A stretch of DNA of 38,362 bases from Octopus bimaculoides (taxonomy: Eukaryota), in assembly GCF_001194135.2 (NCBI RefSeq), contig NC_068995.1, forward strand, positions 9,698,387-9,736,748, written 5' to 3'. Under the pieces are notes generated by a model, which was given only the letters and a program-made list of their open reading frames with translations, ran no database searches and was not told where the DNA came from. The position numbers and the translations under genes were made by a program. Positions within the stretch are counted from its first letter, which is position 1. Each line of letters starts with the position of its first letter. Shown here one piece after another: positions 11,335 through 22,355 of this stretch.

Positions 11335-11640
11335 TTAGTATCCAGTTCCATAGTCATTTTCATTTACGGCCTTTCAACGGTGGCACATGGAGTTCAACAA
11401 ATGATCTCAAAACTCACCTGGAATGTCCTGCCATATTTCTTCAATAAAATCATATAATTGGGACAAATTTGTTGGGTTTTTTTTTTAGCATGAGCTCTTT
11501 TAGAAACATAATTCTATAAATTTTCTATTGGGTTCAAATCCAGGCTCTGTGGAGGCCACTCAATAACCACCATATTATTGCACTCAAAATATTGCAAGCC
11601 TACACCTCCTGTAGACATGACAGGTGTTAATAAATTCAAC
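11335..11640 (-). pseudogene. Tc1-family transposase C-terminal remnant
   Basis: The minus strand reads QYFECNNMVVIEWPPQSLDLNPIENL*NYVSKRAHAK, then via frameshifts PTNLSQLYDL and EEIWQDIPGEF*DHLLNSMCHR*KAVNENDYGTGY*. WPxxSPDLNPIENxW is the Tc1 motif holding the catalytic E. Confidence 0.9.
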
Positions 11641-11768
11641 TATATATGTTACCCTCAGATGTGTGTGATGTATAACATGTCTTTATGACAAGTCCTGAAG
11701 TGTCCTCAAACACTGACTGGTTTTAACTCTATATTTGGTATTTTTCACTTGATTTAGTATTCAAGAGT

Positions 11769-12149
11769 GGAGGCGCAATGGCCCAGTGGTTAGGGCAGCA
11801 GACTCGCGGTCGTAGGATCGCGGTTTCGATTCCCAGACCAGGCGTTGTGAATGTTTATTGAGCGAAAACACCTAAAGCTCCATGAGGCTCCGGCAGGGGA
11901 TGGTGGTGAAGCCTGCTGTACTCTTTCACCACAACTTTCTCTCACTCTTACTTCCTGTTTCTGTTGTACCTGTAATTCAAAGGGGCCAGCCTTGTCACAC
12001 TGTGTCACGCTGAATATCCCAGAGAACTACGTTAAGGGTACATGTGTCTGTGGAGTGCTCAGCCACTCGCACGTTAATTTCACAAGCAGGCTGTTCCGTT
12101 GATCGGATCAACTGGAACCCTCGACGTCATAAGCGACGGAGTGCCAACA
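11769..12149 (+). mobile_element. SINE family B, full-length, with 13-bp target-site duplication
   Basis: A box tggcccagtggttagg and B box ggtttcgattccc; agtattcaagagt at both 11756-11768 and 12150-12162. Confidence 0.92.
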
Positions 12150-12242
12150 AGTATTCAAGAGTCTCTGCACCCCTGGATAAGTTGTCAGCCTATGCAGAAT
12201 AACATTCTCTTGAAACATCTGCTACATGCTGCTACATCTGCT

Positions 12243-12290
12243 ACTGAACCTGAAACCATGTGGTTGGGAAGCAAGCTTCTTACCACACGC
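12243..12290 (-). mobile_element. SINE family A head fragment
   Basis: gaacctgaaaccatgtggttgggaagcaagcttcttaccacac. Confidence 0.7.
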
Positions 12291-12324
12291 CTGTATATAT
12301 GTATATATCTCATATTATCGACCC

Positions 12325-12580
12325 AAACAACTGGATGTTGTCATACACCGCTAGTCACAATGCGCTTTGTATCATTTTAGCTTTCAAATGAGACCAGGCC
12401 AACGTTACGCTTGATCGGAAAGATACTCCATTGCAGGGTCACCCATTCACAGTCGAATCGACTGGAGCAACATGAAACGAAGCATTTTGCTCAAGAACAC
12501 AACGCCACCACTCCGCCTTGGAACTGAACCTTTGATCTAGCGATTGGGAGAACAGCACCCTAACCACTGGGCCACATGCC
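12325..12580 (-). mobile_element. tRNA-derived SINE with family-C-like head and a different body
   Basis: gactggagcaacatgaaacgaagcattttgctcaagaacacaac ... ccctaaccactgggccacatgcc. Confidence 0.6.
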
Positions 12581-12649
12581 ATCACACACTCACACACACA
12601 TTACTGTCTGTGTTTATTCTTGTCCGCCTGTGTCCCCTGTTCCCCATTG

Positions 12650-13010
12650 TCTGTCTCCTTAGCTATCTAGCTATTTGCACATTCTATTTAAGTTAGACAG
12701 TTAAACATATAAAGAGACAGCTATCTATCTATTTAGCGGTCTATCTATCTATTTAGCTGTCTATCTATTTAGTCGTCTATATTGCAGCTAGTTGTCTATG
12801 CATTTAGCTTGCTGTCTGTTTATCTGTTTAGCTCGCTATGTAGGCACTTGTCTACCAGTTAGACTGTCTGTCTTCCTAATCTATGTAATTAGATGCAAAT
12901 CGTTAAAATAGACAGATAGATGTAGATAGGTTGGTATATAGATAGATAACTAGATAGATAGACAGATAGGTAGGTAGGTAGGTAGGTAGATAGATAGATA
13001 GATAGATAGC
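12650..13010. repeat. Degenerate (CTAT)n/(GATA)n/(GGTA)n tetranucleotide block
   Basis: Directly visible in sequence. Confidence 0.85.
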
Positions 13011-13089
13011 TGTTTCTGTGTCTCTTGCATATAGCTCAAATGCATCCCTAGAAAATGTTCACCACCATCGCCACCACAACCATGACTTA

Positions 13090-13372
13090 ACGTCAAGGAG
13101 GATATCTCGTAGAGAGTCAAGCAATCTCTATGGTGGTTGCTCGACTTACTAGAAACAGCAGCCTAATCTCCTTCAAATCTTTCCCCCATCGTCATGGGTG
13201 GGTGGGCAAAAAAAAAAGAATGTATATATATATATATATATATATATTGAATAATGTGGATCTACGTGCTGCTAGAACGACAAGTTGATGGGATGATCAT
13301 GGCCCTCAAAGCTTTTGATCATAGGTCTACTCAATCAGCGGCTGACCTAGGGCTAAACAACAACAAAAACAA
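13090..13372 (+). mobile_element. SINE-like family G copy with (CAA)n tail
   Basis: ctagaaacagcagcctaatctccttcaaatc ... gatgggatgatcatgg ... ctgacctagggctaaacaacaac. Confidence 0.6.
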
Positions 13373-13504
13373 TACTGCCACCACCAACACTACTACTACT
13401 GCTGCTGCAACAATAACAACAACAACAACAGCAACTGCCAACCGCTCGTCTTCACAATACCATCCTTATCAACCATTGTGCCATCCCTGTGAACAAGAGG
13501 CTGT

Positions 13505-13725
13505 TTGCCTCTGTGTGTGTATGTGTGTATGTGTGTATTTGTGTGTGTGTGTGTGTGTGCGTTGCGTGTATTTGTGCACGTATTATGTGTGTGGTGCGGA
13601 TTTTGTATGTAAGTGTACGTATGTTGCTTGTGTATGTATGTGCGTTTGTGTTTGTATGTGTTTGCATGTATTTGTGCTGCATCTGTGTGCGTGTGTATGT
13701 GTCTGTGCTGGTGCAGATATCCGTG

Positions 13726-13759
<34 letters not shown>

Positions 13760-13914
13760 TGTATATATATGTATGTATGGGTGTATGGGGAGATGTGTGC
13801 GTTGCTTGTGCATGTATGTTTTCTGAGTTGTGCGTATGTGTCGTGTATGTGTGTTGCTTTCATGTTTCGTGTATGAGTGTGTGTGTTTTATGCATGTGTT
13901 GTGTGCAGTTGTGT

Positions 13915-13945
<31 letters not shown>

Positions 13946-14030
13946 ATGAGTGTGCTTTGTATGTATGTGTTGTGTGCATTTGTGCTGTGTGTGTGTGTGT
14001 GTACGTGTAGCGCCCGTGTATTTGTGTGTG
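13505..14030. repeat. Degenerate (TG)n/(TATG)n block
   Basis: Directly visible in sequence. Confidence 0.9.
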
Positions 14031-14389
14031 TAGCTTTTCCACCTTTTATTTTTCCCTCCTCGTCAATCTTTAGGTTGATATCGATCCATCTATGGAACTG
14101 TTGCAAGTGCAAGTCTTCTACCATTCCCCTCCCTCCCTCCACTTTCCACTTTCCCACTCGTTTCCTCTATCACCACCGCTACCCCCACCACAACTACCAC
14201 CGCCGCCGCTGTCGTCGTAAGCTTCACCACCGCCACTACAACTGCTACTATCATCCGACTGCTTTGTTGATGCTGCTATTGTTGTTGTTGTTGTTGTTAG
14301 AGAGAGAGAGAGAGAGAGATGACTGGAGAGGACGACTGGCTGTTACTGCTCAGATAAGCTCGAGCTGCTGTAACAAGCCATCACTGTTA

Positions 14390-17150
14390 CACGTGATGGC
14401 GGAGGTAGTGGTGGTGGTAGCGGTGGTTTAGCGGTGATGGTTGCAGTGTCGGTGGTGATGGTAGCGGTGATGGATGTGGTGCCGGTGGTGGTATTGGTGG
14501 TGGTGGTGTTGCCAATTGAGTGTATGTGCATTGTGGTGGTAGTTTCGGCAGTGGTAGGTGGTGGTAGTAGCGGTGATGGAAATGATTGTACGTAGTGGTT
14601 ATTGCGGCATTGGTGGTAGTTGCAGAAGTGGTTATGCTAGAGTATGTGTTTATGTGGTGGTAGTAGTAGTAGTAGTAGCAGTAGTAGTAGTGGTGGTGGT
14701 GGTGGTGGTGGTGGTGGTGGTAGTAGTAATAGTAGTAGTAGTAGTAATGATAGTGGTCTCTGCTAGGTGATGCTGTTGTTATTGTTTAACCCCGACACTT
14801 GCGGAAGTCTACTACACGCATCTATCTCTAAGATCAAGGGCATTCCAGCCACGACCATCTCGTTTATTGTCAGACGGTAGGGTATCATCTGAGCGGGAAT
14901 TTAGCTGGTATTTCTAGCACAGGGATCGCTTATTGCTTCAGTTACTGGGTATGGTCTTATGTGGAGGCATAAACTGATTTCCATTCATGGTTGTATTATC
15001 GATCTTGATTGTTGTTGTTGTTGCTATAGCTGTCGTTGATATTTAACCCCAGGTCAGCTTCAACTGAGCAGATGCATCACAGGCAAATGTGTTCCAGGAA
15101 TGACCATCCCATCTTTTAAAGGCTTTCATACGTACATGCCTTCATAATCCACTGCGTCGTCAAGACAAGAAGAACAGTGTGCAACTTGAGGGAGATTTGG
15201 CTGCTATTTCTAATTTAGTGGTGGCAATGGTGTTTTTTATTTATTTATTTATTTTTTTTTGTTTTAGTCAAGTGGTTGCTGCAGTTGTGGTATTGGTAGT
15301 AAAACAGTGGTAGTTGTAGTTTTATTGTTGGGTGTGCTGTAGTAGTGGAGAGATGGTGGTGGTGGTAGCAGACTGGTCCACTGGTGGTATTGGTCAGCTT
15401 CAGTTGATGGTGGTGGTGGTGGTGGTGGCGATGGGGATATTGGTCAGGTGTTGGGGGTAGTAAAGCTAGTCTTGGTTTAGCAATAGTGTGGTGGTGATAG
15501 TGATGGTGGTGGTTAATGATAATAGGGATCTTGTTAAGACCATGGTAGCGATGATGATAACTGTAGAGGTAGTAGTAATGTTAGCAGTGTGTTGGTTGCG
15601 GTGCAGTACTTGTGTGTTGTGGTTAAGGTTGATGCTAATGGTATAGTGTTGCTAGTTTTGTTTATAGTAGTGGTGGTGGTGGTGGTGACGTTGGTGTTGG
15701 TTGTGGAGGTAGTAGTGATGGTGGTGGTGGTGCTGGTAGCAGTAGTGGCTAATTATTGAGCAGTGGTGATGGTCGTGGCGGTGTGGATGGTGGTGGTGGT
15801 AAAGTGATGGTTGCAGAGCTAGTGTTGTCGGTGACGATGATGATGATGATGATGGTGACGATGATGGGGGATGATGCTGAGGATGATGATGACGATGGTG
15901 ACAGTGATGGCGATGATGAGGGCGGCGATGGTGGTGGCTGACAACAGGGGAATCCCCCCAGTAACTGCCAACTCCCACACAGCAAAAATATAGGAGAGAC
16001 TGTCTTGGTGGAAGTGTTGCTACTATAGTAATGCCAGAAGCAGCAGCAGTAGTAGCAGCTGTCGTAGTTGTAGTACTAATAGTAGTAGTAGTAGTCATAG
16101 AATTAGTAGTAGTAGTTTTGATAATTTTAGTGGTTTGTGTTGTAGTGGTGGTTAGTGGTTGTTGTAGTTCATTCGTAGTATGGGTTAATGCAGTTGTGGT
16201 GGTTGTCGTGATACACCACTTGATTTGAATCCTAGGGAGAGCAGTAGTAGTAGTAGTAGTAGTAGAAGTAATTGGTGGTATTTTTCCTGATGGTTTGTGA
16301 TGTTGGTGATGATGATGATGACGATGGTGTGGCTCTTGGTATGATGGCGGCGGTGACGGCAGTAGTGGTGATTGTGATGATTATGAGGATGCTGATGATG
16401 ATGATTCGGTGATTGTCAATTTGATAATAGCTGCGGTGGTAGTGGTAGTGGTGGTGGTGGTGGTGGTGGTGTGGTGGCAGTTGTGGTGATGGTATTGGTT
16501 TAGTTGTTGCCGTGGCGATAATTTGGTTGAAGGTTATTGTATTAGGGATGACGACGGCGACAACAAAGCTGATGATGATGATGATGATGATGGTGGTGGT
16601 GATGGTGATGCTCTGATTATCAATTTGATGATGATGATGATGGTGGTGGTGGTGATGGCAGTGCTGATGGTTGCTGTGGCAATCATTCAGATGAGACTTG
16701 GCTGTAGCAATGCTGGTCATGATGGTGATGATGACGATGATGATGATGATGACGATGATGATGATGATGTGATTGTTGGTATGATTATGGTGGTGGTGGT
16801 GGTTGTGTAAGTGGTGGATGTTACTATAGCTCCTGTAGTAGTAGGGGTGGTGTTGGTGGTGGTGATAACGATGCTGGGATTAACCAGCTACGGGTGGTGG
16901 GAGATGGTTTCGAAGAGGGTTGTTGTCGTCGTAGTAGTAGTAGCAGTAGTGGTGGTGGTAGTGACAATAGTGTGATTGTTAATAGGAAGGTGGGGATTGT
17001 TTGCAATAGCAATGGTGGTGGTGGTGGTGGTGTTCAAATTTGCTGTATCTTATTTTATCTATTATTTGTATTATATTTTTCAATTTTAATTCGAATTCTT
17101 ACATCACCACCACCACCACCACCATCATCACCATCATCACCATCACCATC
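14390..17150. repeat. Long GGT/GAT/AGT trinucleotide low-complexity region containing two family G fragments (about 14772-14930 and 15005-15215, minus strand)
   Basis: Directly visible; the G fragments begin gttgtt...tttaacccc and contain tttggctgctatttcta-like motifs. Confidence 0.85.
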
Positions 17151-17371
17151 ATCTTCAAAACGTCTGTTTTTTTTCTTTTTTTTTTTTTTTTCTGATGCTT
17201 GCCTGGGTCAGGTAGAACGATGGATGACGGATACACTTGTTTACAGCTATTGCGCAATGCCAAAATAAGGAGAGACACGCTCACGCACATGTGCATGCAC
17301 ACATGCATACAATTATATGCAGACACATGCATATGCACAATACATGTGCACACACACACACACACACACAT

Positions 17372-17700
17372 GGAAACAGATGAAGGGCATCTGAAGAAAA
17401 TCTGTCTGACCCATGCAAGCATGGAAAAATAGATGTTAAAATGATGATATGTATATATTATTATTATTATCATCATCACCATCATTCTATGTTTGCATGG
17501 GTTAGACGGAGTTTATTGAAGCATAGTTTCTACGGCCGGGATGCCCATCCTGTCACCATCCCTCACCTGTTTCCAAGCAAGATTAATATTTCTTCACCCC
17601 CCCACCCCATCCCCCCATGAACGGACATGTTCTCTAAGAGAATGCTGGAAATGAATGGCACTCATTTTGCAACTATCACATGATGTCAACACAAGGAGGC
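17372..17700. mobile_element. Two family-F-related fragments in opposite orientation (17372-17450 plus, 17462-17700 minus)
   Basis: tctgacccatgcaagcatggaaaaatagatgttaaaatgatgat followed by atgtttgcatgggttagacgg. Confidence 0.6.
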
Positions 17701-17714
17701 TCAAACACACAGAC

Positions 17715-17878
17715 AGATACAAACACATGTATATATGATGGATTGCATTTAGTTTCTGCCTACCAGATCCCCTCGCAAGGCTTTGGTCAGCCCAGCGCTA
17801 TAGTAGAAGACCTGGTCCAGGAATCGAAACCACAATCTTATGATCATGAGGGCAACCCCTTAACCACTGAGCCAAATA
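17715..17878 (-). mobile_element. Family A body joined to a different tRNA-like head
   Basis: aaggctttggtcagcccagcgctatagtagaagac (A body) abuts ctggtccaggaatcgaaaccac...cttaaccactgagcca (B/C-like head). Confidence 0.6.
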
Positions 17879-17907
17879 CCTCCATTGAGGCTATATCTAT
17901 ATATGCT

Positions 17908-18238
17908 GAGACCCCCTTCGGTCATGACTGACCACGGGATTGCACCTAGAAAGTTACCCTCCCAGGCACAAGTCCGGTCAAGGTGGTTTATGGAAGACTG
18001 GCAGTTGCCCATGCATACCAGCCTCCCCTCTCCACACCACTGATGTTATCCAAGGGAAAGGCAAAGGCCAATACAGCTTGGTACCAGTGATGTCGCAACT
18101 CATTTCGACAGCTGAGTTAACTGGAGCAATGTGAAATAAAGTGTTTTGCTCAAAAACATAACATGCAGCCCAGTCCGAGATTCGAACTCACAACCTCACG
18201 ATCGTAAGCTCGACGCTCTAACCACTGAGCCATGCGCC
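17908..18238 (-). mobile_element. SINE family C, full-length
   Basis: On the minus strand: A box tggctcagtggttagagc, B box gagttcgaatctc, and cttgagcaa-type core. Confidence 0.88.
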
Positions 18239-18468
18239 TTCACTATACAACAGTAGTATGTAAACATTAGGTAAAAAGTCCTTTTGTATTGGAAAGGTCA
18301 AAGGCTGCCTGTTGGACATGAGCTCATGCTTTCTATAAACATGACAAACATGTCCAGCAACTGTAGGTTTGTGTCACATGAATAACCATGAACTTTTTCA
18401 ATCCGAAAAAGTTTTTTAATCCAATATTTATACACTACCATTTATCGTGTTATCTCCTTCAAGTTCTA

Positions 18469-18795
18469 GTGAAGGCAGTTAGAAGCTGATTAGAGCATTT
18501 GGCTCACAATCATGAGGTAGTGAGTTCGATTCACGGACCGGGCTGTGTGTTGTGTTCTTGAGCAAGGCACTTTATTCCATGTTGCTCCAGTTCTCTCAGC
18601 TGTAGAAATGACTTGTGATGTTACTGGTGCCAAGCTGTATTGGCCCCTTTGCCTTTCCCCTGGATAGCATCAGTGGTGAGCAGAGGGGAGGCTGGTAAGC
18701 ATGGGTGACTGCTGGTCTTCCATAAAACAACCCCAAGGGGAACTTTCTAGATGCAATCCCATGGTCATTCATGACCAAAGGGGTTCTTTCGCCTC
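18469..18795 (+). mobile_element. SINE family C, full-length, with 18-bp TSD (one mismatch)
   Basis: B box gagttcgattc; tatctccttcaagttcta (18451-18468) versus tatctacttcaagttcta (18796-18813). Confidence 0.88.
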
Positions 18796-19009
18796 TATCT
18801 ACTTCAAGTTCTACAGTTCACATTTTATCATTTCACACACACACACACACACACTATATCTCTGGATATGCTGTTGACACTTCTAGGTTCATGCACCCTT
18901 TTGTGGGTCTCATGGTCTTATTTGCTCATCCCACATGGTGTCTAAAGAACCACACTTTCACTTAGTTTGATGTGTCTCTTCAAGCACAACAAACCACTAG
19001 GTGTCTTGG

Positions 19010-19180
19010 TACTCAGGAAGAAACTATTCTATGAGTGTGTCCTGCCTTATCTTCGAAACGCCTAGTTTAGAATAGAGGCAGCTGATGAAGAATTAATCCA
19101 AGTGGCTATTTGTTTTTCTATGTGTTCGTTCCGTTGTCTGTAGTTCATTTTTCTAACGTTCTGTACCCGAATATGCATCT
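19010..19180 (+). mobile_element. Unclassified repeat carrying ttcgaaac-stem-loop-agctgatgaag (possibly Penelope-like)
   Basis: Related copies at 28935-29073 (minus), 30520-30700 and 35884-36000 share ctgatgaag and a terminal acgt(c/t)(c/a)tgtaccc followed by (TA)n. Confidence 0.6.
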
Positions 19181-19220
19181 ATGTATATATATGTGTGTAT
19201 ACATGCTTATATATCCGTTG

Positions 19221-19255
<35 letters not shown>

Positions 19256-19258
19256 TTA

Positions 19259-19487
19259 TTGGGTTGTCCGGAAAGTTCGTGCTGATTTTTAAAGAAAAGA
19301 AAAAGGTCAATAAATACTTGCCATTACATTTTTAATCAACCAAATATGAACCATTTTGTTGCACAATGCGTCTCCATCTTTCCTTTAACTTGAAAATAAC
19401 TTCTTCCAAAAAATTGAGGTGGTTTCATGGCAAATAAGTCGAAAGGTAAGCTACTATAAATCGGCATGGACTTTCCGGACAACCCAA
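19259..19487 (-). mobile_element. Mariner-derived MITE, 229 bp
   Basis: 30-bp TIRs (ttgggttgtccggaaagt...) with 3 mismatches; TA TSD at 19257-19258 and 19488-19489; the minus strand 19415-19332 encodes NFLEEVIFKLKERWRRIVQQNGSYLVD*. Confidence 0.9.
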
Positions 19488-19574
19488 TATTTGTGCAATA
19501 CAGTTGCTTTGAATTTGCTTCAGAAAGAGGTCAATGTCTGTAATGGTTAGTTGGGGTGGGGGCGCTAGGAATGT

Positions 19575-19630
19575 GGCCTGGCTGTCAAGGTCGGGTTGGG
19601 CGGCAGCCCGAAAAAGTTTGGGAACCACTG
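19575..19630 (-). mobile_element. Solo hAT-like terminus
   Basis: The minus strand begins cagtggttcccaaacttttt, a typical hAT/Charlie-type end; no partner end was found. Confidence 0.5.
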
Positions 19631-19740
19631 CTCTGGACCATTCTTCCTGCAAAAGATAAATAATCCTGCAACAAACTGGCATCCTGTTAGAGTGGGGCCT
19701 TATGACCCTATGGCTCTGGAAGGATTTTTGATCCTTACAT

Positions 19741-20050
19741 AAGTATTCTTTTATTCTTTTACTTGTTTCTGTCATTTGACTGCGGCTATGCTGGAGCACA
19801 CCCTCGGAGAGTTTTAGTTGAACAAATCGACCCCAGGACTTACTCTTTGTAAGCCTAGTACTTATTCTATCAGTCTCTTTTGCTGAACTGCTGAGTTACA
19901 AGGGACGTAAACACACCAGCATCAGTTGTCAAGTGATGGTGGGGGGACAAACACAGACACACAAACATACACACACACACACATACACACACAAATATAT
20001 ATATATACATACATATATACGACAGGCTTCTTTCAGTTTCCGTCTACCAA
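19741..20050 (-). mobile_element. SINE family A, 5'-truncated
   Basis: Reverse-complement match to 7147-7552, including the internal microsatellite. Confidence 0.85.
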
Positions 20051-20107
20051 TATATATATATGTTCATAGGTCATTTTCATTATTATTATTATTATTATTA
20101 CTATTAT

Positions 20108-20270
20108 TACTACACTCTCTGAGTGGTTGGCGTTAGGAAGGGCATCCATCTGTAGAAACTCTGCCAAATCAGATTGGAGCCTGGTGTTGCCATCCGGTTT
20201 CACCAGTCCTCAGTCAAATCGTCCAACCCATGCTAGCATGGAAAGCGGACGTTAAACGATGATGATGATG
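20108..20270 (+). mobile_element. Family F copy with (GAT)n tail
   Basis: gagtggttggcgttaggaagggcatcc ... ccaacccatgctagcatggaaagcggacgttaaacgatgatgatg. Confidence 0.85.
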
Positions 20271-20338
20271 ATTATTATTATTATTATTATTATAATAAAG
20301 TATTTTCAATGGATCAGTTTTGAGCTCTATTAAAGTTG

Positions 20339-20372
<34 letters not shown>

Positions 20373-20899
20373 NNNNNNNNNNNNNNNNNNNNNNNNNNNN
20401 NNNNNNNNNNNNNNNNNNNNNNNNNNNNNNNNNNNNNNNNNNNNNNNNNNNNNNNNNNNNNNNNNNNNNNNNNNNNNNNNNNNNNNNNNNNNNNNNNNNN
20501 NNNNNNNNNNNNNNNNNNNNNNNNNNNNNNNNNNNNNNNNNNNNNNNNNNNNNNNNNNNNNNNNNNNNNNNNNNNNNNNNNNNNNNNNNNNNNNNNNNNN
20601 NNNNNNNNNNNNNNNNNNNNNNNNNNNNNNNNNNNNNNNNNNNNNNNNNNNNNNNNNNNNNNNNNNNNNNNNNNNNNNNNNNNNNNNNNNNNNNNNNNNA
20701 CACACAAATATATTTTACGCATACACAGAAATACTCTGAGAAACAGTAGCAATGTTAGTGTGGTTACTATTGCTTTGTGCTGAAGATCAGTCTGTATATA
20801 CGATGGGTTCATTGATTAATGTGTAGGCGGTGGCACAATGATCACGTGTGTTGGTGAGAATTAGCATTCTTTCTCTATTCAATATTACGTTCACTCCTT

Positions 20900-21700
20900 A
20901 TAGATAGGTAGGTAGGTAGGCCACTGTGTATGTATGTGTGTGTGTGTGTGTAGGTAGGCCACTGTGTATGCATGTGTGTGTATGTGTGTAAGTAGGCCTG
21001 TGTGTATGTGTGTGTGTAGGGAGGTCTGTGTGTGTTGGTAGGCCTCTGTTTGTGTGTGCGTGCATGTGTGTGTTTGTGTGTAGGTTGGTCTGTGTGTATG
21101 TGTGTGTATTTGTGTGTAAATGGTTATATAAGTAGGTGTTTCTCAGTTTGTGTGTATGTGTATCTATGAGTGTGAAGGACTGTGTGGTGTGTGTGTGTGT
21201 GTGTGTATGTGTTTGGTAATGTTGGTGTGTTTGGTCGCATGTACTTGTGTGTGTGTGGTAGTGTTGAAATGTTTGCTTGCGTGTGCGTGTGTGTGGTAGT
21301 GTTGGAGTGTTTGGTCACGTGTGCTTGTGTGTGTGTGTGTGGTAGTGTTGGTGTGTTTGGTCGTGTGTGCCTGTGTTTGTGTGTGTGTGTGTGTGTGGTA
21401 GTGTTGGAGTGTTTGGTCACATGTGCTTGTGTGTGTGTGGAGTGGTAGTGGTTGTATGATTGTATTTGTGTGTGCATATCTGTGAATGGCTGTAAATGAG
21501 GTGTGTGTGTGTGTGGGTGGGTGGGTAAGTAAGTATGCATGTGTCTCTGAAAGGTTTTGTAGTAATGATTACAGAACTCTGTGTGTGTATATATGTATAG
21601 CTACGTACGTATGTATGGTTATAGAGCAATGCATGTGTGTGCGTGTGTGTGTGTGTGTAAATATGTATTCATGCATGAATAGCTGTGTAGGTATGTATGA
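20900..21700. repeat. (TG)n-based block with higher-order units
   Basis: Repeated gtaggtaggcc and ggtagtgttggagtgtttggtc cores embedded in TG runs. Confidence 0.85.
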
Positions 21701-22119
21701 ATTACTGTAAAGCTATGTGTGTATAAGTACACATGGTTTTTATGAATGATTGTATAGCAGTAATCCCAAATGCATCCACACACACATACATACATACATA
21801 AACACATGCAAACATATACATATATATATATAGACTCGTATATACATACACATATACATACATGTCTATTGTGGCCCTTTCTATTACATCCCACATTTAA
21901 TTCTAATTAATTAAAATTTCAAGGCTGTCTCCCTCTACCTTTATTTTATTTTATTTTATTTTATTTTATTTTTTTAACCGTAATTAGTAATTTAGAATAT
22001 AATTGTTCCCATCGTTAATTTCAGTAAAAACGTTTTGGATTTTTACTTGTATTATATGAAAGCACCCTCTTTGCTATTAAGTTTCCATGCAGAAGAAGCA
22101 ACTGAGTACTTTTTCTTAA

Positions 22120-22326
22120 TATTTTAGCATTTAAACTGGCCATATCTAGCCTAGATATCCTTCCTGTTTTATGTTCAAACTGACCATATCCAACCTCTTA
22201 CACTTGCCCTACAATGTCATTCTAAAAACAAACAACCACATCGTTAAAAGTTCAATGCTTGATTAACACAAAACAATATGAATAATTAAGCATTACACTT
22301 GACAGAGCAATCTGAATGCGAAAGGG
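22120..22326 (-). mobile_element. piggyBac-like MITE
   Basis: TTAA at 22116-22119, then a degenerate left end tattttagcattta; right end tgaatgcgaaaggg followed by ttat. CCCT...AGGG ends with a TTAA target are the piggyBac signature. Confidence 0.55.
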
Positions 22327-22355
22327 TTATATCATTAGGTTATATATAGAAAGAA

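Noticed and set aside
11769-11845. tRNA-like sequences with A and B boxes (also 18165-18238, 7147-7215 and 33709-33800)
   Set aside because: They continue into SINE bodies, occur in many diverged copies and lack a complete cloverleaf.
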